Source: an uncultured delta proteobacterium (GTDB taxonomy: Bacteria > Myxococcota_A > Polyangia > Polyangiales > Polyangiaceae). From it: a stretch of DNA of 64,000 nt. The stretch spans positions 416,001 to 480,000 of the forward strand of contig CAWKKR010000007.1 of NCBI GenBank assembly GCA_963850305.1, read 5' to 3'. Positions 32,706-42,904 of the stretch are shown in pieces (the first letter of the stretch is position 1; the number at the start of each line of letters is the position of its first letter). The position numbers and the translations under genes are program-made. A model generated the notes under the pieces. That model did not search any database. It saw nothing but the letters and a program-made list of their open reading frames with translations, and was not told the DNA's origin.

Positions 32706-33311
32706 GTGGACAGCGATCTGGCCGAGTCTGTAGCTGCACTGAAGTCGTCGTTCGAGTCTCGCGGGCTCGCGCTGCGCTTTGGCAAGGCTGATCCGGCGCT
32801 CGTCCGGGCCCTCCATCAGAAACTCCGGGTACCGCGCCGTTTCCGAGACTTCCTCTCCGAGTGCGATCCTCTGAGCGTGGAGGCCGTCACGCCGGCCGAG
32901 CAGATCCAGCTGCTCGCTTCGACGGAACTCGAGGCGGCGCAAAAGGGGTTCGCGCTGTCCCTGGACGGCGAGCCCATTTCGGCGCCGTCGCCGAACGGGT
33001 GGCGGCCGGCGTGGATCATCATCGCCCAGAGCGGTCTCCTCGGAGATCCGTATTTTCTCGACACGTCGAAGCCGGACGCCGAGGGCGACTGTCCCGTCTA
33101 CACAGCCATGAGCGGCACGGATACCTGGCAGCCGAAGCTCTGCGCGTCCACCTTTGCGTTGTTCCTGCGGATCCTGGCGATCGGCATGGAGGTCGCGAAG
33201 GGGTTTTCGCACGACTACGACGTGGACAACGAGCAGGTGTTTCGCGAAGCGATCGGCCCCAGGATCCGAGAATACGATCCGGCCGCCTTGAAGGCTGGTC
33301 ATTGGACCTGA
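32706..33311 (+). CDS. SMI1/KNR4 (SUKH) family protein
   Basis: VPRRFRDFL, WIIIA..GDPYFLD, DCPVY, ASTFALFL. Confidence 0.7.
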   Translation: MDSDLAESVAALKSSFESRGLALRFGKADPALVRALHQKLRVPRRFRDFLSECDPLSVEAVTPAEQIQLLASTELEAAQKGFALSLDGEPISAPSPNGWRPAWIIIAQSGLLGDPYFLDTSKPDAEGDCPVYTAMSGTDTWQPKLCASTFALFLRILAIGMEVAKGFSHDYDVDNEQVFREAIGPRIREYDPAALKAGHWT

Positions 33312-33322
33312 GGGCCACCGGC

Positions 33323-34612
33323 ATGCTGCTTTCCGTCGCCCGCGAGGGCACTCCAATCTTCGAAGAGACGCTCCGCCGCCTCGAACGGCGCGGCGAAGCC
33401 GACCTGGAACGCGTCGAGACCACCGTGCGCGAGGTACTCCGCGAGGTGCGCGCCCGAGGTGACGCCGCGGTTCGTGCCTTCGTCGAGCAGTTCGAGAATC
33501 GGCGCGTCGAGACGCTCCTTCGCTCCGAGTACGATGGTCAGGAAGCGCTCGAGTCGCTGCCGAAGGAAGTTCGCGAGGCGCTCCTCGAAGCGGCACGGCG
33601 CATTCGTCGCTACCACGAACGGCAGCTCGAGGACCTCGTGAGCTTCGAATACGAGGAGGAGGGTGTGCTCCTCGGGAGTCGCGTGCGGCCGCTCGCGAAG
33701 GTTGGCGTCTACGTCCCGGGTGGCAAGGCGAAGTACCCTTCGAGCGTCTTGATGTCGGCGATCCCCGCGAGCGTCGCCGGGGCGGCCTTCATCATCGTCG
33801 CCACACCCTCGGCGGGTCCGGAAGTGCGCGCGGCGTGTCACCTGGCGGGCGTCCACGCGCTTCTCGACGCGGGTGGCGCCCAGGCGATCGCCGCGCTGGC
33901 ATACGGGACCGAGACGCTGCCTCGAGTGGACAAGATCGTCGGGCCGGGGAACCTCTACGTTGCCGCAGCCAAGCGTCTCGTCTTCGGCGAAGTGGACATC
34001 GATAGCATCGCGGGGCCGAGCGAGATCCTCGTCGTGGCCGACGAGGAAGCGGATCCGGCCATCATCGCGGCCGATCTCCTCTCTCAGGCCGAACACGACG
34101 AAGCCGCGTATCCGCTCCTCCTGTGCACGAACGCTGCCCTCGTCGAAGCCGTGGATCGCGAACTCGCTGAACAACTGGCGACGTTGCCGCGACGCGCGAT
34201 CGCCGAGGCATCGGTGAAGTCGCAGGGATACGCGCTGGTGGTCGGTTCCCGCGGCGCGCTCGCGGACGTCGCGAATCGCCTCGCCGTCGAACACGTCGCG
34301 CTGCACGTGGAAGAGCCCGACGATTTCGCGGACCAGATCGATCGAGCCGGGGCAATCTTCGTCGGAGACTGGACGCCGGAGGCCGCGGGCGACTATCTCG
34401 CCGGGCCGTCGCACGTGCTCCCGACGGGCGGCGCCGCACGCTACGGCGCGCCGCTCGGCGTGTATGATTTCGTCTCGCGCACGTCGATCATTCGCTACGA
34501 CCACGCGGCGCTCGGAGCCCAGGCTCGTAGCATCACCGCACTCGCCCGCGTCGAGGGGCTCGAAGCTCACGCCCGCGCGGTCGAAGCACGCTCGAGACCC
34601 CGCCGCAGCTGA
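33323..34612 (+). CDS. hisD: Histidinol dehydrogenase
   Basis: VGVYVPGG, GGAQAIAALAYG, KIVGPGN, AGPSE, LSQAEH, GDYLAGPSHVLPT. Confidence 0.97.
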   Translation: MLLSVAREGTPIFEETLRRLERRGEADLERVETTVREVLREVRARGDAAVRAFVEQFENRRVETLLRSEYDGQEALESLPKEVREALLEAARRIRRYHERQLEDLVSFEYEEEGVLLGSRVRPLAKVGVYVPGGKAKYPSSVLMSAIPASVAGAAFIIVATPSAGPEVRAACHLAGVHALLDAGGAQAIAALAYGTETLPRVDKIVGPGNLYVAAAKRLVFGEVDIDSIAGPSEILVVADEEADPAIIAADLLSQAEHDEAAYPLLLCTNAALVEAVDRELAEQLATLPRRAIAEASVKSQGYALVVGSRGALADVANRLAVEHVALHVEEPDDFADQIDRAGAIFVGDWTPEAAGDYLAGPSHVLPTGGAARYGAPLGVYDFVSRTSIIRYDHAALGAQARSITALARVEGLEAHARAVEARSRPRRS

Positions 34613-34650
34613 GCCAGCGTGTCTCGATCGGGATCCCCCGAAAACGAGCC

Positions 34651-35640
34651 TCACGTCTTTTTCAGGTAGCCCTTTTCCACGAGTCCGGCGACGGTCAAGG
34701 TCACGTCGAGGTCCGTCTGTGACGAGCCGTCCAGCACCGCGCGAAAGGTGGCGCCGTTCAGCACCGCCTGAACGACGTCGAGCTCGGGCGGTGAAAGATC
34801 GCGCAGTGGCTTCGAAAGTGGGAGCAGAAGCTCGAGCCGTGCGTCGAGGGCCGGCAGCTTGCCCTTGATGTGCTCGAACTCGTCGCGTTGACGGAAGCCC
34901 TCCATTAAGACTTCTTGCACGGATGCGTTGAGCGGGGACTCGAACTTCCGCGTGGTCGGGGGCTCGAGCTCGAACGAGCCCGTCTCCCACGACAGCATTC
35001 GGTAGAACGCCTTGAGCGGCGCGAGCGCGGTCTCCTTGCCGCTTCGCTCGACCGTCACGTAGTGGATGAGCCCCTGGTCGAGAAAGATTCGCCCGACGTC
35101 GGCGGCGGACTCCACGACGAGCACGCCGGACTTTCGCGACGTGCCGAACAGTTGGAGCAAATCCGGAAGCGGGATCTCTTCGATGCTCCCGCGCATGCGG
35201 CTCTCGTTGCTCTCTGCAGATCGGCGAGGCGGCGCCGGCTTGGGAACCGTCAGGTTCTCGTTCCGGCGCGTGTTCGGCGGCGCGGCTTCGTCGGACGCGA
35301 CGATCACCTTGAGAATGTTGCTGCCGATGAGGACGCGGTCGCCCTCCTTCAGCCAGCCCTTGACGATGCGCTCGCCGTTCACGAACGTGCCGTTCGTCGA
35401 CCCGAGATCCTCTATTTGAATCTTGCCGTCCCGCAGCTCGATCTTCGCGTGCTTCCGCGAAACCATTTCCTCGACCAGGACCATGTCGAGGTCGCTCGAT
35501 CGCCCGACGACGATGGGACGATTCTCGTCGATCGGAAACTCCCCTCCCTGGTACTTCCCCGAGATGAACCGGAGAGCTAACCGGGTTCGGGACGAACCTT
35601 TCAGAGGAGCCGCAGGCATTCCAAGGGGATCTTGCATCAC
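34651..35640 (-). CDS. FHA + DUF4388 domain protein
   Basis: VGRSSDLDMVL..VSRKHA..DLGSTNGTFVNG (FHA); MRGSIEEIPLPDLLQLF..SGVL..GRIFL..W.TGSF (DUF4388). Confidence 0.9.
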   Translation of the reverse strand: MMQDPLGMPAAPLKGSSRTRLALRFISGKYQGGEFPIDENRPIVVGRSSDLDMVLVEEMVSRKHAKIELRDGKIQIEDLGSTNGTFVNGERIVKGWLKEGDRVLIGSNILKVIVASDEAAPPNTRRNENLTVPKPAPPRRSAESNESRMRGSIEEIPLPDLLQLFGTSRKSGVLVVESAADVGRIFLDQGLIHYVTVERSGKETALAPLKAFYRMLSWETGSFELEPPTTRKFESPLNASVQEVLMEGFRQRDEFEHIKGKLPALDARLELLLPLSKPLRDLSPPELDVVQAVLNGATFRAVLDGSSQTDLDVTLTVAGLVEKGYLKKT

Positions 35641-35775
35641 AGCTTATCCCGAGACTTCGACACTAAAGCATCGCGCGCGATCCCAGGACAGAATCGGGCC
35701 CGCGTTCGAGAGCCTCGACACGGGCGACGCCTCGCGGGCAAGGTGTCTAAAGATAGGATCCGGTTCAGGAAACGG

Positions 35776-37888
35776 TCAAGAACCACCGGAGTCCGGAGCC
35801 AGTTGAGCCGCTCCAGGCTCGGGCGCGATGGCGCGCGCGCTCGGTCCGGGCGTCTCGAAGACCGGTAAGAGGATAGTGAAGGACGCCCCGGAACCCGGTT
35901 GAGACAGGACCTCGATTCTACCGCCCATGGCCTGGACCATCCGCTGGCTGATGGCGAGTCCGAGCCCGGTTCCTCGCGGTTTTGTCGTGAAGAAGGGTAC
36001 GAACAAGTGGTCGATGACCTCCTGCGGGATGCCTGGCCCTCGATCGGCGATGGCGATCTCGACGTAGCCCGAACCCTTGGGAGCAGGGCGCCTCCGCGTG
36101 GTGACGGTCACCTCGCCGGCCCCGCCCATGGCCTCCTCGGCATTGTTGACCAGATTCATGAGGACCTGCCGGAGCTGCTCTTCGTCGACCCGGACCGGCG
36201 GCAGGTCCTCGGAGGTCTGGAGCACGCGGCGGGTCGCCTGATCGCGGCTCGAGCCGATCACCTGGAGCGTCCGGCGGACCGCGGCGTTCACGTCCACCGA
36301 TCCCGGATTGCCCTTCGACGGACGGCCATAGTCGAGCACCGAGCGGACCACGCGGTCGAGCCTGTCGACCTCCTCGAGGATGATGCCGACGAACTCTTCG
36401 GTCGAAGCATCGAGCTCGCGCCCGTCAGCAGGCTCGCCGAGGAGCTGCGCGGCACCCTTGATCGCGCCGAGCGGATTTTTTACTTCGTGCGCGAGCCCGG
36501 CGGCCATCTGCCCGAGCGCAGCGAGACGGTCGCGTTCCTGGAGCCGGCGGTACTGGCGCGAGTTCTCCACCACGACGCCGATCTGAAGGGCGAGAGACTC
36601 CACGAGCACGACATCGTCCCCGCTGAAGGCATCGCTGACGCGATCGTCCACCAGGATGAGCATGCCGAGCAGCTCGCCGGACTCCGAGCGAATGCCGAAG
36701 CAAGCGCCTCCCTTGAACGCTTCGAGCAGCTCCGCCGCCGCGAGTAATCGCTCTTCGGCGTCGGCCTTACGGCCCTGTCGCCGCTGTTCGGCGACCTCGG
36801 CGGCGACGCTCTCGAGCACGACCGACGTCGCGGCGAGACGGTCCACCAGCGGGCGGATTGCAGCCCAGTCGAGCCGCGCAGGCGGACGTGGTCCGAACGA
36901 GTCAGCGAGCTCGAAGTCGAGTCCGACGGGATCCCGGAGGTAGAGCGCCGCGCCCGTCGCGCGGTGGGAATCTGCGAGCGCCGCGATGACGACCTCGGGC
37001 ATTTCGTCGACCTTGAGCACGTGGACGAGCGCCGAGCGCGCGCGCGTCACGGCGCGCTCCAGGTCCACCCGCTCGCGAAAGGCGCGATGGATGTACGCGC
37101 CGACTTTGTCGCGCAGCGGCTCGAACAGCGTCAGCATGCCGATCGCGGCCAGGATCGCGTTCAGGTACATCGTCTGGAAGCCGCCGATGAGCTCCGCGAA
37201 CACGTAAAAGATGCCCGCGAGGGCGAACGCCACCGCAGTCGACACCATGGCACGACCGAGCATCTCGTACAGATCGAGCAGCCGCTCGCGGATGAGCGAC
37301 TCCGCCAGCACGTAGAGGAACACGATGCTCAACACCTCGCCGACCGGCGGCAGCGGCGCGCCGATGAACCAGAGAAAGTCCGCCAGGCTGAAGAGCGTCG
37401 CCGCGGCGCCGATGATCACGAGGAATCGGACGCGACGTTGCAATGCGCGGGAACGACTGCGCGACCCCCGGACCCACAGAGACCAGAGTCCCGCCGCGAT
37501 CAGACCCGAACACGTAAAGGAACACCAGCCCGCGCGCGACTCCGCTCGCGTGATAGGGCGAGAGGATCAGCAGCACCGCTGGAACGGCCAGGACCCCCGC
37601 GACGCGCAGGAGCAGGGATCTGCCCGTCTGCCGTGGAAAGATCGATTCGAACAGATGCAGCGCAAACTGCGGCAGAAGAATCGCGAGCACGGCCGTGAAG
37701 CGCCACCAGAGGAGCGCTTGGTGCACGAAGTGGTACAGCCATTGCGCGAGGTACCAGAGCCCCATGTCGAGCGAGAACAGGCCAAAGAAAATCTGAGCGC
37801 GCCCCGTCCGTCCCCGAAGAAGGATGGATACCGCTATGATGACCGCGAGGGCCCCGCACAGGAGCGATGTCCGGGTCCGCAGGTCCAC
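35776..37888 (-). CDS. Membrane sensor histidine kinase (multi-TM, GAF, HisKA, HATPase); 1-nt insertion at 37505-37507
   Basis: TM region in the 36902..37888 frame to YVFG; removing one base gives LIAAGLWSLW.. in the 35776 frame, with AHEVKNPL, NLVNNA, DRGPGI, FFTTK, GTGLGL. Confidence 0.9.
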
Positions 37889-37906
37889 GCGGCAAGCGTA
37901 GCAGCA

Positions 37907-37931
37907 GCGCGGGGCCGGCAGGGCCCCGCGC
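37907..37931. promoter_or_regulatory. Perfect 10-bp palindrome in the divergent kinase/WYL intergenic region
   Basis: GCGCGGGGCC-N5-GGCCCCGCGC; regulatory role unproven. Confidence 0.35.
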
Positions 37932-38007
37932 CCATGACACCGTACCCGGGGGGTCGGTGCCCCCGCGCGTTTGCCCTTCCGCGGCCCCTGTAATAAACGT
38001 CGCCATC

Positions 38008-39039
38008 GTGGGAAAGGCGCGAGCCGGAAGACCTCTGGGTCGGTTTACGCAGCACCGGCGGCTCGACAAGCTAAGGGACATCCTGGAGCGGCATCCCCGA
38101 GGGCTCGAACTCGAGGAACTGGCGAGTGCACTCTCGGTGACGACCCGGAGCATTCGCCGATATTTGAAGGAGATGGAGCGGGAATACGAGCTCGAAGCCG
38201 TACCGGTCCGCGGCGGGGGACCGTTGCTGTGGCGGATTCGCGCCGGCGAGATTCCGCGAAAAGTCGAGCTACGAAGGACGCAGGCGTACGCGCTGCTGGC
38301 CGCGAGGCGCGTCTTCAACCCGCTCCGCGGGTCCGCCCTGTTCGAGGAGATCGATCTCGCGGTGAACAAGCTGCTCGCCGTCGCGCAGCGACCCGGGCGG
38401 GGTCCGAACGCCGGCATAGCGGACGCACGCCTCGAGGAGCGGTTCCTCTATTTGCCGTTCGCGCCGAAGAACTACGCCGAAAAAACCGACGAGCTGGACG
38501 ATCTGTTCCAGTCCGTTTCCGATCTTCGTCCACTCACGTTGCTCTACAGGAGCGCCGGCAAGGAGCGCGAAGAACGGATCACGATTCACCCATATGCGAT
38601 GGTCCTGCACCGGGATTCGATCTACTGCGTCGGTCATCACGTGGGGCGCGGCGAGGTCCGCACGTTTTTGCTCGATCGCATGCGCGACACGCAAGCCGCG
38701 GCCACGGAACGCTTCGAGCTGCCACCGGATTTCGTCATAGACGACTATTTCCAGGGCGAGTTCGGGATCTGGAAGAGCTCGGAGCGGCACCGGGTGGTCA
38801 TCGACTTCGACGCGCAGGTGGCGGAGTACGTCCGCATGCGCCGCGTGCATCCCACTCAGAAGCTCGCCGCGACGGCGGGCGGCATTCGCCTCACCATGTC
38901 CGTCGGCAGCCTGACGGAGCTCACGAGCTGGGTTCTCGAATGGGGTCAGCGTGCCCGCGTCATCGAACCGCCCGAGCTCGCGGAGCGCGTCAAGGCCGAG
39001 CTCGAGGGCGCGCTCAAGGGTTACGCGAAGAGGACGTGA
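38008..39039 (+). CDS. wHTH-WYL-WCX transcriptional regulator (YafY/PafB-like)
   Basis: ELASALSVTTRSIRRYL (HTH); RITIHPYAMV..IYCVG..RTFLLDRM (WYL); WVLEWGQRARVIEPPEL (WCX). Confidence 0.93.
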   Translation: MGKARAGRPLGRFTQHRRLDKLRDILERHPRGLELEELASALSVTTRSIRRYLKEMEREYELEAVPVRGGGPLLWRIRAGEIPRKVELRRTQAYALLAARRVFNPLRGSALFEEIDLAVNKLLAVAQRPGRGPNAGIADARLEERFLYLPFAPKNYAEKTDELDDLFQSVSDLRPLTLLYRSAGKEREERITIHPYAMVLHRDSIYCVGHHVGRGEVRTFLLDRMRDTQAAATERFELPPDFVIDDYFQGEFGIWKSSERHRVVIDFDAQVAEYVRMRRVHPTQKLAATAGGIRLTMSVGSLTELTSWVLEWGQRARVIEPPELAERVKAELEGALKGYAKRT

Positions 39040-39640
39040 GCGAAGCGTCGCGATAGTACTTGTAGTACTCGAGCACCTTCACCACGTATTGGCGCGTCTC
39101 TTCGTAGGGCGGGATGCCGCCGTATTGCATGACGGCGTTCTCTCCTGCGTTGTAGCCCGCGAGGGTCAGCTGGATGTCACCGTTGAAGAGATTCGCCAGC
39201 ACGCGCAGGTAGCGTACGCCGCCAAAGATATTCTGCCGTGGATCGAACACGTCGCTCACGAGCATCCGCTCCGCCGTCTCCGGCATGAGCTGCATCAGGC
39301 CACGCGCGTTCGTCCGCGAGACCGCGCGGGGGTCGAAGCCGCTCTCGACCCGGATCACCGCGCGGACCAGCTGCTCCGGGATCTGGTAAAGCGCCGCAGC
39401 CTGGTGGATGACATCGTCGTAACGCGAGGCGCCGCCGAACGCGAAGTCTCCCGAGCTCGGCTTCGGGGGATCCGGCACCCGAGCGTACAGCTTCCCCTTC
39501 TTGTGCGTGTTCGTGAAGCTGATGACCCCGTTCGGGCTCACGGTCTCGTAAATGTCCGCGCGACTCGCCGCCGGCGCGAGCACGAGCGCGGCGCCGCAAA
39601 GCAGAGAAGCCCGAACTCGCGAAGACAGGAATCGACCCAT
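39014..39640 (-). CDS. Lytic transglycosylase (SLT domain) with DUF4124-like N-terminus
   Basis: Signal peptide; ADIY...GVISFTN; AVIRVESGFDPRAVS..ARGLMQLMP; LAGYNAG; ETRQYV. Confidence 0.93.
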   Translation of the reverse strand: MGRFLSSRVRASLLCGAALVLAPAASRADIYETVSPNGVISFTNTHKKGKLYARVPDPPKPSSGDFAFGGASRYDDVIHQAAALYQIPEQLVRAVIRVESGFDPRAVSRTNARGLMQLMPETAERMLVSDVFDPRQNIFGGVRYLRVLANLFNGDIQLTLAGYNAGENAVMQYGGIPPYEETRQYVVKVLEYYKYYRDASLTSSSRNP

Positions 39641-39756
39641 AAGACGCCGCCCAGATGTTACCCGTGACTCCCCCAAGAACGCCACTCGACGGCCGTCCAT
39701 TCGCTTTCCACTACAACACATCGATAACCGAGTTCCGGGATTGGAAGCGGTTTTTG

Positions 39757-39883
39757 GGCGGAGGGGGTGAAGGCGAAGACGGCATGGTCAGCTAGGCGGG
39801 TGAGGCGCGGAAGCGTGCGCATGCACGCTGAGCACCGAGAGCGCCTAGAGGGCCGTGCCCTCGAAGCCAGCACCCCCTCCGCC
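39757..39883 (+). repeat. Structured intergenic repeat, copy A (127 nt)
   Basis: 13-bp terminal inverted repeat GGCGGAGGGGGTG/CACCCCCTCCGCC; 24-nt core 39796-39819 identical to 57745-57768 and 57871-57894. Confidence 0.85.
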
Positions 39884-39888
39884 GCAGT

Positions 39889-41863
39889 TCAGTCGTCGGC
39901 GGTCAGATACGTATAGCTACCGAGCGCTTGCTCGTAATGCCGGAGGAGAAGACGCATCTGTTCCAGCGTGATCTTGCCGCCGCCGAGGGCGGCTTCGGCC
40001 TGTTCGCGCACCGATTCCATCATGCCCTCGGGCGTGTGCGCGACCGAGCGCAGCACCTCGGACATGCTGTCTCCGCGAATGACGTGGGTCACCTTGTAGC
40101 CGCCGTCGCTCAGCCGGACGTGGACGGCGTTGGTGTCGCCGAAGAGATTATGAAGGTCGCCTAGGATCTCCTGATACGCGCCGTTCAGGAACATCGCGAG
40201 GAAATAGGAGTCGCCCTGGCTATAGGCGTGCACGTCGAGCGTGCTCTTCGTATCCTCGACGTCGATGAAGTGATCGATGACCCCGTCGCTGTCGCACGTC
40301 AGATCTGCGAGCGTCGCGCGCACGGTCGGCTCTTCGCCGAGCCGCTGGATCGGCATGATGGGGAAGAGCTGATCGATCGCCCATGAGTCCGGCGCGGACT
40401 GGAACACCGAGAAGTTGCAGTAGTAGATGGTGCCCATCGCGCGCTCGATGTCCTGGAGTTCTTCCGGGACGAACCTGAACCGGCGCACCGTGTCGCGGAT
40501 CTTCTCGCAGCAGTTCCAGTACAGGCGCTCCGCCTGAGCACGCTCGCGCAGCGTCAAGTATCCATACTTGAACAGGTTCTGCGCCTCTTCCTTCATCTGA
40601 CTCGCGTCGTGCCACGACTCCTGCACGTTCTTTGGGCGGATCCCCCGATACGTGTCGAACAGCTCGCGGAGCACGCGGTGCGCGTCCGACTTCGGCTCCA
40701 GCGGCTGACCGAAGTGGATCTCGTTGGCGCCGACCACGTCGAAGATGAGCACGGATTGATGCGCCACGACGGCGCGGCCGCTCTCGCTCACGATGGTCGG
40801 ATTCGGGACGTCGCGCTTGCCGCACGCACTCTGGATCGTCGAGACCACGTCCGCGGCGTACTCATGGAGCGTGTAGTTCCGCGACGCGTGGAAGTCCGTC
40901 TTCGAACCGTCGTAGTCGATGGCGAGTCCGCCGCCGACGTCGAGGTATCCCATCGCGCAGCCCATCTTGGCGAGCTCGACGTAGATGTTCGCGGCTTCCT
41001 GGATCGCGTTCTTGACCGGAATGATGCTCGAGAATCTGGCTCCCGATGTGAAAGTGAAGCAGCTTGAGGCAGTCGAGCATGTTCTTTTCGGACAGCCGAT
41101 CGACGAGCTCCACGATCTGCGCCGTCGTCAGTCCGAACTTCGCGCGATCCCCGGCGGACTCCTTCCACCTTCCCATGCCCTTGCTCGCGAGTTTCGCGCG
41201 GACACCCAGGATGGGCCGAATGCCGAGGCGCTCGCTCGCCTTCAACACGAGGTCGAACTCCTCGATGCGTTCGAGGACGACGATGACGGTGCGATCGAAG
41301 CGCTGCGCGATGAGCGCGGTCTCGATGTACGTCAGGTCCTTGTAGCCGTTGCAGATGACCAGCCCGGACGAGTCGCGCATGAACGCGAGTGCGATGAGGA
41401 GCTCCGGCTTCGATCCGACTTCGAGCCCGAAGCTCCAGGGCTTCCCGAACTCCACCACCTCTTCCACGATGTGGCGCTGCTGGTTGACTTTGACCGGATA
41501 GACGCCGCGGTAAACGCCCTGATACTCGTACTCCTCGATCGCCTGCACGAAGGCTTCGTTGATCGAGCGAATGCGGTGCTGGAGGATCTCCGAGAAGCGC
41601 ACCAGGATCGGGAGCTCGATGCCGCGTGCCTGTAGATCGTGCGCGAGATCGTAGAGGTCGATCGCGCGCTCGCAATCCGGATCGGGCGTGACTTCGACGT
41701 GGCCCTTCTCGTTGATCGAGAAGTAGGGCGCTCCCCATCCTCGAATCTGATAGAGGTCAGCGCTTTGTCCGACGTCCCACTCCTGCGCGCCGTTCGGCTT
41801 GAGACGCCGAACGTTCGGACGGGTGGGAGGCGTCGGACGAACCTGCGGGGTCGGTCCTGCCAT
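39889..41863 (-). CDS. speA: Biosynthetic arginine decarboxylase; 1-nt insertion at 41033-41034
   Basis: WGAPYF, YPVKVNQ (PLP Lys), GLEVGSKPEL, HFHIGSQI, then in the next frame SSIIPVKNAIQEA..LDVGGGL, ESGRA, DLTCDSDG, GAYQEILGDLHNLFG. Confidence 0.95.
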
Positions 41864-41930
41864 GCGAAGCTACGCCAAGCATTCGCAGAACCAGGCGGAA
41901 ACGCAAGAGGGGATCGTCATCTCCGGAACC

Positions 41931-42903
41931 TCATCCCCAGAACTTCACGGGCAGCGCGGCGCGCTTGTACAAGGACAGGACGTCCATGCTGACGGCCACG
42001 CTGATGTGGACGAGGAAGCCGGCGTAGATGCTCCGCGTCCGCATCGCGAGGGAGCCGAGCACGATGCCGGCGATGATCGCACCGTTCGCCTCGAAATAAG
42101 GCTTCCCGAAGTGGATCATGCAGTAGGGGAGGGCCATCGCGAAGATGGCGCCGGAGCCCATCGTCCGCCGGAGCGCGCCGACCATCCACCCTCTGAAAAA
42201 CAGCTCGAGCGAGAAGAACTGGACCCAGTAGATCGCCTCCCAGAGCAGGAAGTCGAGCCAGCTTCGCGAGGCGCTCTTGTAAAACGGATAGTAGGACCCG
42301 AAGTCGGGCTGCGTCGAGACGAGGAGCATCAGTGGCACGACGATGCCGAGGCACGCTCCAGTAAATCCAGATGTGGTCCAGGAACCCACGCCCCCGGAGC
42401 CCCATGTCGAGCAGGCGATCCTCGGGGAAGAGCAGCTTCCAGAGCGGCAACGGCACGAGGACGTAGCCAATGAAACGCGCCATCACCCACCAGCCGTAGC
42501 CGAGGAGCTCGTCGTACTTGGCGACCTTGAACCACGGGTGGAGGACCGCGAACTGCTGGAGCGGTTCGCGCAGCACCTCGTCGTAGAACGGCCTGGCGCC
42601 GTAGTACTCCTGCATCGTCAAGACCGCCGCGACGATGACGAAGCAGGCGGCGGGCCGGTAATCCATCTTGCCGGCCGCGGCGAGCTCGGCCCGGTAGCGC
42701 GCGGCATCCGCGTCGAGCTCTCGCCAAGTGTCGCGGAAAAACCACCAGATGGGCCACGCGACCGCCGCGAGGATCGGCAGGGGGAGCAGCACCTTGAGCG
42801 GCGCGTACGAGAGCAGCGCATCGATACGGCTGATTTCCGGGATCTGCCGGACCGGGAGATCGAGGGGCAGCGGGCCGAGGGCGGTGGCGAGCGGCGCGAA
42901 CAA
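41931..42903 (-). CDS. CPBP/CAAX-family intramembrane glutamic protease; 1-nt insertion at ~42360
   Basis: N-terminal TM region to HIWIY, then GACLGIVV.. in the 41931 frame; ELFFRG, MIHFGKP and VH motifs. Confidence 0.85.
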
Positions 42904-42904
42904 T

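Noticed and set aside
38008..39039. WYL gene as marker of a defence island
   Set aside because: Neighbours are a sensor kinase, a transglycosylase and speA; no nuclease, helicase, methylase or mobile gene nearby.
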